Source: Azolla caroliniana
Lineage: Eukaryota > Plantae > Polypodiophyta
Assembly (NCBI GenBank): GCA_043228905.1
Contig: JBHGNT010000006.1
Location: 4,712,001 to 4,776,000 of the forward strand
Direction of reading: 5' to 3'
DNA length: 64,000 nucleotides
A program made the translations under genes and the position numbers. Positions 28,217-39,900 of this stretch are shown here, in pieces. Within the stretch, counting starts at the first letter, position 1, and each line of letters starts with the position of its first letter. Under the pieces are notes generated by a model. It was not told the origin of the DNA and searched no databases. It saw nothing but the letters and a program-made list of their open reading frames with translations.

Positions 28217-28479
28217 CAAGGATTCCAACATTCTGCTTCATGCACGAGAGTAGGTGGATATATTAAAGGCGTGGAGAATCATGAATCAACAAAGACGAGG
28301 CAAAAGAAACATGAGAATGAATCTTATTGAAGTTTTAGTATGGATGGGCATGTTAGCATGTATAGGTTCGCTAGTGGCTGATATCAACATATTCTAGCAT
28401 GAACAAGGGTATGAAGACAATTCTCAAGAATCATACTTGGAAGGAGTATCCTTATTGAATGATGAGAGGGGCTTGATCA

Positions 28480-28790
28480 TGTGAGTCAATATAAAGGCTA
28501 ACCTTGATCCCCAACAACCCCAATCCAAAGTACAAAGGATGGTTTAATGCCAAGGGATTCAAGCAGCAAAAGGGAGTAAACTTTAATGGAATATTATCTC
28601 TAGTTGTGGAAATGGTGATATTATGGTTGCTACTTTTGCAATCATGGTAAATGAGGATTGTTGGAATGGAAGCATGGCTTATCAACAAGGGATTCAAGCA
28701 ATGGTAGGGAGTAACTTTTGATGCTATATTCTCTCTAGTTTTTAAAATCGCAATGTTGTAAATTGTAATTGGTACTTTTTTAGTTGAGGT
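28480..28790 (+). mobile_element. Decayed Ty1/Copia RT fragments (two copies of the same motif)
   Basis: PKYKGWFNAKGFKQQKGVNFNGILSLVVEM and AWLINKGFKQW*GVTFDAIFSLVFKI both resemble the Copia RT motif KYKARLVAKGFxQxxGVDFDEIFSPVVK. Confidence 0.75.
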
Positions 28791-30574
28791 GAATTAGGAT
28801 CGTTGTTGTTTGGAAGGGGTGGAGAGGACGTAACTGCAACATAGCAAAAGGGAATAAAGAGACAATATGCAAATATGATATTAATTAGCCTTTTTATAAA
28901 CTTTGGACATGTTTATACAAGTGATGATGACACAAGAAGACTAGAGCAACATATCCATTACAAAGTATCGGAGCAATACTATTCTAAATAAATGTAACTA
29001 AGGAATCACAACTACATACCCAACTATGCCAAGTGGCTCAATTGGATGGATAACATTACCATGTTCATGGGACAACCTCTTTGAAGCACGACATGCCCCA
29101 ACTCCCTTGTACGTTATTGTGTGCATTGTCCATTAGGTTGTATAATCATGTCATCATACCTTTATCCATATCTATACACCTACATTGATCTCACTATTGC
29201 TCTTAACTCCTCTACTACTTCTTTGCACTCTTCTCCAAAGAGATTTTTATTGTCTCATTCTTCACCCACCCTATTATCCATTGAAAGTGTTGTCGTCAAT
29301 GATGGCAACCTTCCATTGGTAGTGGCATCCCAATGGAAATGATAGCTTCATTGGTTTCAGCTCCATAACAATGATAGTTCAATGACAACTCTGTTATGAG
29401 CATGTACATACTTTATCCCGTGGTAGTTCTCTCTTTTTACACTCTCGGTTGACCCTCACACTTTTATTCTTGTGTGTAAAATACTATAGTCTACGATACA
29501 AACTACTGCAGAAAAATTTATGGTCATGCCCATAACAAGCTCCATGCACATTATTAAATGGTGCCATGGTTCAATTGTGATGACATAATTGGTTCATTTG
29601 TGATGACTTATCCATGATGGTATTATGGGAACATCTCTTAGTGGGAGAGCCTTTCTTATCTATATCTCTCAAGAGAAGATAGTTATAAAGTTTTAATGAA
29701 GAGAGAACAAATTTAATATCACACCATAAGGTGGGAGAGAGCATAATAATCAACTTATGATCCATTATATGAGTTTGATTATGAAATTGATCCAAACTTG
29801 AGGTATATATCTCCCAATTTAGTCATTCGATCTTGAAGGCATTGACATCGTGATCTATGTCATTGTAGTTCAACATGTTGTGGACATTAGTGTTGAAGGG
29901 GAGTCATGTCATGGGTAGCTCCGACTCCCAAATGGATCAATGTACTGAATGGATGGAAATGAACAAAGAGACACACGCCATATGCTATTTCTATTAAAAT
30001 TTAATTGATCCCTTTATCTATAAAGAATAAGGTTTTCTATATGCCTCCCACATTTGGTTGTTTGTACAAGTCATGATGACATGAAAAGATGAGAGTAATG
30101 CACTCTTTATAGAAGTCCTCCAGTGATACATTTATTGCAAAGTCTCAGAGCATTACTATTCTAAAGCTATGTGGTAGATAGATTCCTAAATCTCTCTGTA
30201 AATAACGAATCTTCTTGTCCACACCCAACCCCATCACGTGCTTCATTATCCATATAATAAATTGTCAATTTAAAAATAAAAAATAAAAAATCCTCCATTG
30301 GTATTAAAATGAAAGTGGCCAGAGGCCATGTACAAAATAGGCTAATATCACTTCGAATATTGTAAAGCCATGCCGAATGACTCTAGCCAGTCTTTCTAGG
30401 TAAGATAAGTAAGAAAAAAACCCCTCAGCAATCTTTATAGCCAAAGAAATTACAATGATCCCATACCATTATCCAAATAAGATAAATTGTCAATTTCCGT
30501 CTTGATATTCTATTTCTTAGCAATTGAACTCTCGCAATCTGTTCATACATACTTGATTCAAGGCTCTATCTAAG

Positions 30575-31060
30575 AAAATTGATGTGAAAAAAAATCTTTC
30601 TCCATTGTGATATTCGGAAGTAGGTCTACATGGAGTAGTTGCTAGATTTGTACAACTATGTAAAGAAAGGTTGATATGTAGGCTAACGAAAATCCTCTGT
30701 GGCTTGAAGCGAGCACCTTGTCAATTGTACCAAAAGTTTGACTCTTTCATCAGGTAAAAGAAGATTCAACCATAACGAGGAGGATATGTGCCTACATATG
30801 AAATGGTGGTGTTCTAATGACAACTTCATCTTTCTCATATTGTGTTGAGATTATATATATATTATTTCTAAAATTTCGAAAGACTTGTTGACTCTAAAGC
30901 TAAAGATGAGCCAAAGTTTGAAATGAAGGATTTCGAAGTAGTGAAACATATTATGGACTCGCATATCAACATTAGATAAGAAGATTTAGAGGTTTCATCT
31001 ATATCAAGGTGAATACATCTCCAAAGTGTGTGAGCAATTTCATATCAAGGGAGCAAGAAG
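30575..31060 (+). mobile_element. Decayed Ty1/Copia RT fragment
   Basis: Frameshifted DVK..FLHCDI..VYME, LICRLTKILCGLKRAPCQLYQKFDSF and FEMKDFEVVKHIM match Copia RT motifs (DVKTAFLHG, KSLYGLKQAPRQWY, FEMKDLG). Confidence 0.85.
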
Positions 31061-31639
31061 GATTGCCCAAAAGCCAAACTTGATCACGGACAAACGAGAG
31101 TTGATCCATCATTTGCAATCACCCTAATTTCTTTATGCAAACAAAACCTAAACAAATTATTTTCCGTAGGTGTAAAGATAAACCTACCATCATCTTGTAC
31201 ATAAAAAATCATACACTCTTGTTCCCCAATATAGTCGTTAACTCAAATTAAAACTATTGAGAATCAAGCTTAACATAACACAACATGTGAACACACCTTT
31301 TGAGAATCTATGATTACTCAAAGGTCAAGAGTCACACCACTACTCTCTACACATTAACTATGTGTCATAGACACATATTCTATGACACATAACTAATGAG
31401 TTACATATTCCCCATGACTATGAGTCTTCACATTCCCCAAGAGAGAGAGTGGTTATTGTAAGTTAATGAAGAGAGAGGGTGACTCTATATAAAGCACCCT
31501 CCGCATACTTCATACTAAGTCGGTTGTGACTCCTTGGAATGCTACATTTTTCATTTATCATATTCTCCTTGTTAATATACATCTCCTTCTTCTTGAGTAC
31601 TTCATTTTGTCTCTTATCCATCTTGTGTTTCTCTCCTCT

Positions 31640-32676
31640 CCTCTTGGAGTGGGATCCACTAGAGGTATGGTGGCAGAAACCGGGAACGAACAAACTGGAG
31701 GGCTTTTTTGATTATAGTACTAAGCTCGGAAGGCAAATCATTGGCTCCAAATCAGTGGGCGTTGCTCAGACTCGCAATAGCTGGAGGGATAAAGGCAAAT
31801 AAGATGACTTGTTGAAGTCATTTTGGAGGAGACTTTGGGCATCAGATATGCTAGAAAAAATAAAGGTGTGGTTTTGTCTTCTTAGTCATAAGGTGTTACC
31901 CGTAGGGGAGTGGATGAGGTCTTGTGGTGGGGATGCTGGTTGTACGTTATGTGGTCACTCTTTGGAATCGATACCTCACTGTTTTTGGAACTGTGCAAAG
32001 GCAATCAACATTTGGGGTCGAAGTCTCAAGATAATGGCAGTATGTGGTGTGAATAGGAGAGTTGTGTGGGGGTCCTTACAGGGTTTGAAAATAACTAAGG
32101 AAGGTTGAGCGGAACATCTAAATCCACATGGTCATGGTTTTATAGTGTAGGGCTGCAGTGTATTCAAATGTGTTGGAGTGGAACCTGGTACTAACTCTGG
32201 TTTTTTTGAGGAGATATGGATGTTGGTGGCATGCTTCTCAGTCTGGCACATTTGGACCAAACGATGTATGTTTGTTTTTCAACAATGAAAACTCCCAAGC
32301 GGTGAGGTGTTGCTAAACACTTGGTTCGAGCTGGTATCTTGGTTGCGCGGACAATACAACTCGATTGAAGGGAACTCGGATGAAGCAGAAAGGGCTCGGT
32401 CGAAGTTTTTGCTAAAATGGGGTCGTTCTCCTATGATGGTAAATTAAGTGTTAGGGCCTAAATGGAACTACCAAGCACCGAGATGGCTGTTTCCACCATT
32501 GGCTTCCATGAGTGGACATGAGTTGTAAATATGTGGTCACCATGTACAAAGTGTTAGCGGGATACTTTTGTTGTAAATAGTAGGGTGGGGATTATGTTGT
32601 TTTGATTATGGCTGATCTTTGATGTACTTCTTTTGCTAACTAATGGGAAGTAGTGTTTTTTTGGATAAAAAAAAAA
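31640..32676 (+). mobile_element. 5'-truncated LINE 3' end (zf-RVT region, 3' UTR, poly-A)
   Basis: FWRRLWASDMLEKIKVWFCLLSHKVLPVGEW...CTLCGHSLESIPHCFWNCAKAINIW is the zf-RVT CCHC motif. The element ends ttttttggataaaaaaaaaa. Confidence 0.88.
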
Positions 32677-33026
32677 CACACACACACACATCTCTTCCGC
32701 CACACAAGAATCACCGTTGATTCTTTACATGGTCATCCAAAGGAGTAAATAAACCCATCCACTTCTATGTAGCAGATCCAATTTGCATTTGAATATTAGA
32801 AAGGGTATTTTGTATTACATAATACATTATCTTCCTACCCCTTATATTACTAATCAGTAACATTTGTTGATCCATGCACCTATACATTGTGTTGGGCAAA
32901 AATGTTGTTCATGCACCTATAGATTGTGTTGGGCCACGATCTAATTTTGCCCATGCACATCTAGTACGCCTTCCCAACATCTACCCTCTCTGGTCAGTCA
33001 ACCATGAATTCCAAATGAGGGGTTTT

Positions 33027-35605
33027 CTACAAAATTAAAATTCTCTTAACTAAATCAAGATAAACATCTTTCCATGCATTAAGAACAGATCGAGCAAATA
33101 TGTCTTCCCCGTTTGTGGCAATAACCAACTTGTTATGTTCCATAAAAGCCCAGCTAAAACTAGGCCTCCAATCCCCACTAGTTTTGGGACAAAACTTTTG
33201 CAATTCATAAAACAACAATTGTTTCCAAGGTTATGATCCTGGCAACAATTCCCGAATCACCAATTTTGCAATCAAAGCTTTGGATTGTTGTAATGGATCT
33301 ATAATCCCTAATCCAATGGCTTAACAATCATGGACCAAGAGACCTTTGCCCTGGCATGGCTTCCATCATTACCAGACCACAAATAATTATGGATCAATCT
33401 TTGTAACTGTCCCATACATGATTTGGAAAAACTTCAACATGACATAATATACCAGAGGCGAGACAACAAAACTCGATTAACTACTATCACTCTACTCGCA
33501 AATGGTAGTTTAGCTTTACTCCAAAGTGTTAGATCCGGATCCTCAAAAGGTGAATTCTTTTTGGAGGATTTGGATTTGGAAAGGAGACCAATATCTAGAT
33601 TAACTTGGGATCATGTAGAATTGTATTGGATGGTGCGGGTGCAAGATCGCATAAATATATGTGTCTTTCTTTCAGTATTCTGTGAAGATTAGTAGAAAAA
33701 ATATTAGGTGCTAAATCATGGAAAGAACCAATTGCAAATGTATTTTGGAGACGAAATGAACTTTCTCCACAACATCTCAAACAATTTTGGAAATGGCTAT
33801 GGGGTATAAAAATGAGTAGGAAAATTATTTGTGTCTGATTGTTGTTGATTCATAAAGCTATACTAGTTAATGGGTGGTGAAAAGGAAACGTAGACAAGAT
33901 GTGCCCTTTTGACACGCATTTAATAGAGACTGCTAAACATTGTTTGTGGAGTTGTGGTTTTGCTATGGACATATGGAAACAAATCATAAAATTATTAACT
34001 CCAATATATCCTAGAGCAGTGTATACATGGGATGCGGTATTATGGGTGGTGGTACGTGATAAACCTATGGTATATGAACAAGAGGAGGTTACAGATGCTA
34101 TTGTGATGAGATATGGTTTGATGGGAAAAGTTTTGATCCCTCTGAATCCACAAATACAAACTAATAAACCTCAAATATGGCAATTGGTCAGTAGTATTAC
34201 TATTTGGTATATTTGGAAGGCTTGATGTTTGAAGGTATTTCAAATTGTGACTGAAAGACCTGCCCAAATAATTTCAAGAAATTGGATAGAGATTGTGCAT
34301 AATCTCATAGGGTTGTTGGATAATATAAAAGGTAAGACGCACCAATCGGAGCTTAAACATTTGGAGTTTCATGCCATCTGGGACATAAGTATATTTTATG
34401 GACGACTTTCTGATAAATTGGAGTGGTTTTATTTAGCACCAAAGTATTTATGTAAGTTGATGGTTAGAATTTAGAAAAATACAAGGGATTTGTGGTATAT
34501 CTTGTATGCATAGTTCGTAATATTCGTGTACGTCCAATTTGGTGGACGTATGCGAACGTTTGCATGCGTTCGCGTATGATACACACTATTCGTTTTGGAC
34601 CTTTTTTTCCTTTTTTGGTTTTTTTCCCTTGATATATATGCGCGTAGCGAACTGATGAAGTCTGAGAAGGACGAAACGAACAAGGTGCACGACTTCCACC
34701 CGCGACTCTCCTCCGCCTATCTCTACAGTTGGACCAACCATGTCTCCTTCTTCATCACCTTCATCTTCCGCTCCATCTCCCATTCTAGAAACTCATCATT
34801 ATCCCATGATGGTGGAGCAACAACCATGGCTCTTTCTAACTACCCCGAAACTAAACCCCCCATGTTCTTCTACCCAATCATCATCCCATCTTTGTGCCTA
34901 AGAATCTTTGTGATCGCTCGACTTATGAGTTACCCCAATCTAGAGGTCCCTTTTGATGATGATGGATGACTATATCCTTCTATGACATTTGCTAGGGTTT
35001 ATTAGACACCGTTTCTTCCTGATTTTCTCCTTTCATTTTCTTAATACTAATTCAAATTCTTATAATCGTGGTGAGGTACAAATTTTGGGCATATGGAGTA
35101 TAATTCTACTTAACTTTCATAGTCACAAGGTAAGGAAACCAACAAGTGGCACATGATCGTATCAAGGTGCCCTTTTCTCAAAAGTTAGTTGGTTAATTAT
35201 ATATTTCAAAAATGATACAAGTAAAGTTAATGGTTCACTAATGACAGAGCAAGGTTAGTGACTTATTGATGACCCAATTAAGACAAACGACACATTAACT
35301 GTCGATGATGAAAAAAACTTTAGTTACACAATAATCATAAATGTAAGAGATAAATGTAACACTAGTCAAATACTAATCACACAATAATCATAAGGGTTAT
35401 GGCAAAAGAAATAATAAATATTAACATAATTATAAATATAGAAGAATGAGTTTCAATCATACTTGGAGCCATTTCACGTATGAGTATGATACGAATATTC
35501 ACGTACAAGTATGACACGAATGGGACGTATGGCTCAAACTATGCTTGTATGTATAACCTTATGACATTTTCTAATACTAATGTAGTATATTTTTTGGGAA
35601 AAAAA
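33027..35605 (+). mobile_element. LINE remnant with inverted 5' segment (33027-33540 on minus) and a hAT element nested in its 3' UTR
   Basis: Minus part reads LWSKAKLPFASRVIVVNRVLLSRLWY...NYLWSG...AKVSW...GLGIIDP (post-RT region). Plus part reads CPFDTHLIETAKHCLWSCGFAMDIW (zf-RVT). The 3' end ttttttgggaaaaaaa resembles that of the neighbouring LINE. Confidence 0.8.
34509..35543. mobile_element. Non-autonomous hAT-type element (1035 bp), same family as 13104-13360
   Basis: Termini CATAGTT...AACTATG. Perfect 8-bp TSD CTTGTATG at 34501-34508 and 35544-35551. Both ends align with the 13.1 kb copy. Confidence 0.88.
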
Positions 35606-36913
35606 GTGAGAGTTGTTTTTTTTTACTCGTATGCTATCAAAAGCTTGGTGTATACCATAGTGTGCATGTCTTAGTTTGATTTGCATTGTTTATACTTTCG
35701 GGCAAAATTTGCTCATTAAACCTTCAAGGTTCTAACACAACATTGATGCATCAATCCTGAGTGAGGGTTGAGAGAGCTTGAGCAAGGAGGTGTTAGGTGG
35801 GCTTTCGACAATGTGAACAGAAGGGACATGGGACATCCACTCCTTATGTGATGGAGAGCTACATCGTGCAATCAAGAAATGGAAGGGACACACGGCATAT
35901 CCATTTCGCTGCGGAGGAGAGAGAGCTCAGACTCGGGGTTTGTTAAACACCAGGCGGGCTTTTTGGGAAGCTAGTAATAACAGATGGGGTACCTCTTGCA
36001 TCAACGGAGAGCTTCATCAGCAGAGTGGGGTAGCAACATCGAGGCGGGGTTTCAAACCAGACACGAGTGCGATGGAGATATAAAAGACATATTGGCTGCC
36101 TCTGCACGCACTTGTGATTTGCTTGGTCGAGACACACACGCCCAAAGGACCAGGCGGACACGGAAGAAGACGGGAAAGTGCACAAGTCGTGGGTGACACT
36201 TTGGCTCCCTCCCAATGTCACTCAGCCAACAATCTCATGCTCTCCTTCTCTTTTCTTCAAATTTTATTTTTTGATGGACCAATCGCACCATTTCCCGCCA
36301 CAACCAAGCTGGGTTGCAGGAAAAAGCAGAAAGCCGAATGCAAAAAAGCAAAAAGCAGAAAAAGCAAAAATTTACACTAACTACATACTGCTATCTATCT
36401 GCCTTGCCCACACGCCTCTGTCTCATCACTATCACCACACTCCCACAAAACCATTCGAGATCTTCTCTGTGTAGGAAAAAAGCTACGAAGTGCCAGCAGA
36501 CGACCAAGTTTGATACATCCACCGACACTCTGATCCATTCTATATGTAAGTACGCTTTCTTATCAATGCCGTGCGCTTTCTTATCAATGCCTTTTGGATA
36601 CTGATCACTGAAGAAAGAAGAGCAGCAAGAAGAAGCAAATGAAGCTGTTCGTTCTTTTGATGCTTCTTGCAATGAAAAAAATGCTATTGGAAACAGAGAG
36701 AGGAGCAGAGTGAGAAAAGAATGTGCGAAATAAGAAGTGAGGGAGAGAGAAAGCTTTGAAGTCTTATCCATCCTGGATTTTGCTGTTTCAGTGTCTTGAT
36801 TGATGATGACCTTTTCTCGCATATATGCATTTCATTTATTCCTTTTTATTTTGTTTGTAACACGCCTTCTGATTAGAATGCAGTGGAACATATCATCATA
36901 CTAGCCAGATTGT

Positions 36914-39900
36914 ATGGGGATCCAAGGTCTTTTGAAGGTATTGAAACCTTATACACAACCAGTTCACATCAGCAAATACTCAGGAACACGGGTAAGTCTT
37001 CGGATTAAGCTCCTTTCTATAGGTGCATGTGAAAATTTGTATATAAGCGAGATTATATGGGGATTCAAAGTCTTTTGAAGGTATTGAAACGTTATAGGTT
37101 ATTCAAGAAATATTCAGGAAATATTCAAGAACACGGATAAGCCTTCCTTATCAACGTTATGGGTTATTGGGATTAAGCTCCCTTATCATATATATTTCAA
37201 GATGTTGTAGACATTTTACTATGTGTGAACAAGTTACAAGAGGCCATTTTCCCTTATGTTTCCTTCCCAATGTGAACAAGTTACAAGAGGCCATTTCTAT
37301 CGCACCTACACAACCTCATAACATTAGGGCCTATAACCCCACAATGTGGAAAACAGTATAGGAAACATATATGCATTCTTGTGTGTATATTTCCCTTTTC
37401 CTCTAGATTTGTTCTTCCCTAAACTATTTTATTTTCTTCCTGTTTTTTTTCGCTAGATTGGCATTGACGCATATTGTTGGCTACATAAAGGAGGTAAAGA
37501 ATATGGCTACAAGTGATTCTGTTGTCTGTTCTCTTGTTTGTTCCATCCACTGAACCATATTTCAGGAAAAGTCAAATCACATTTACTGTGCTTGGTTCAG
37601 CATATGCTTGTAGCTTTGATCTATGTGAACATGGTCAAACTTCTTCATCAATGAAACCTTGTATTAACTACTGCATGCATCGGATCAATCTACTTCGCTT
37701 CCATAACATCATCCCTGTGGTGGTCTTTGATGGGGGAAGACTGCCTTCCAAAGGAGCGACTGAAACTGAACGCCAGAGGTAAAACCTGTGATGATGATGT
37801 TGGAATATATCTATCTATCTATCTATCTATCTACCTATATATATGTATATGTATGTATGTATAGATCCATATATCAATCTGATATAATTTAGGCTTTAAG
37901 AAATCAAAATTTCAACATCTTTTGTTTTCCGTGTTTGTGTTTGGACAATTAGAGATGCAAAGTTTAGCGTGTGGGATAACATGGGGAGCTAAAAAAGGTC
38001 CTAAATAGAACCCCCCCAAAATAAAAATAATGGATAGTGAAAAACGAAAGGGGCTCATTGGGAAGATTTCCAAGTTATGTGTATAGAGGTGTGGTGCATG
38101 GGTTTGAACCCCGTGATCCTTGCACAACAAACAAAAGCAAAGTAGAAACAATGAATGAATTGAGGAAGGAAGTCAATTCATTGTTTAGTGGTATTCATAG
38201 ATACAATCCTATAGATTGACGTCACTATGTTAGCATTGCCATTTTCATGGATGCCTCTTTCAAATGGCAATGTTACTGTTTTCAACCGTTGGGTTGTGGA
38301 AAGTGAATTCGTAAAACCAGTTTTTGGAGAAAAGGTTAAAATCATTACTGTAAATATATTAATGTCAAAATGCCTGTACTTTTATTTACTACCCATTGCT
38401 TTGAAGTTGAACTGACTGCCATAAGGTTATGGAAAATGAACTGGTAAAACCATTTGTGGGAGAGAAGAGTGCAATGCTAGTGTAGTGATCGCAAAGTCAA
38501 ACTATGAATACTTTGGTGTTCGATACCAATCACCATTTGGTTGATAGTTGAAGGTACAGCCTTTAATCATAGAAGCATAAAGCTTATGCTGTTACACCAC
38601 CACATATACAATTTAAAGGCAACGTATGACATTGTGCTTTAGTATGTAACATCCGTTTCATTTGAGAGGCTATGTCTCTTTTGCATTCCAGGCGACGAGA
38701 TCAGAATCTTGAGCTAGCCCGATGCAAATTATCTCAGGGCGATGTTAATGGTGCTGTAGAGCTTTTTCAGGTATCAATTTTATTCTATGTTAAAGAGTGT
38801 CTGTATTATGTAGCAACATCTGGTGCCATGCCATAAATTTAGTGACATCTCAAGGGGTCTTTTTACCAAGCACGGATATTTTAGCATTGCCGTTTTAAAG
38901 AACTGGTGGTTTGTTTTGAGAAGCCTCATTCGAAAAAGTATTGTGAAGCCTATATATTTCAGGATAAAATATAGATGTTCTTACACAACAGATTTGCCAA
39001 CAATAGCCGACTTAAAAAAATATTGATACCAATGAAGAGTGTAAGCACTCTTGCTTATTATACTGAGAAGCCAGGTAGTTGAAACGTTATTATGAAGACC
39101 ATATTTCAAGATGAAAAAATAGTTGTGGTACATATATGTATTTATGGGGACGGCTTGGTATTTACAACTCTAGTCAATCTATGTGTGTGTGTGTTTAAAA
39201 ACTATTGCTACCCCCACCTCTCTTATGGATTTCCAAAGGTTAAATTATTATTACTTTATTATCAAGAGGCAATGCATAACACTGCTATGCATAACACTGC
39301 TAATGGAGTCTTTGTTACAATAATTATGCACACTGCTAATTGTACGTTTATTGTTATTGTACTGCCATCTTAATCCCACCACATGATATGATGAAATTAA
39401 CAATCGGAAACGGTTCCGTTCGGTTTGAGAGGGTCAAAACTGAACCGTTTAAAAAATTTGAAACCTAAAATGAACCACGAAACTGTTGAATTGAACTGTT
39501 AAATTTTTTTTCAAACTGTTAAACTGTTAAAACCGTGGTTTCATGGTTCGGTTTTAGTTTCAAGTTTGGTGAAAATTCAAATTTTAAGTTTTTAAAATTT
39601 TAAAATTTAAAATATTTCATTATTTTAAAATTTTAAAGATTTTCCTAAAATGTGAGAACAAAGCCTCAAAATGAAAACATTGTTATAAAACAATTTTGTT
39701 TTTTTAAATAAAATAAAATAAAAAACTGTTAAATCACGGTTTCTAACTGTTGAAACCGACCGAAGCCAATCCGAACCGTTGTAAAAAAACCTGAACCTGA
39801 ACCGAACTGTTATAAAACAAACTTTTTTTTTTAAAATTTAAAAAAAATAAAATACTGCTAAACAGCGGTTTCTAACTGTTGAAATCGAACCGAAACCAAT

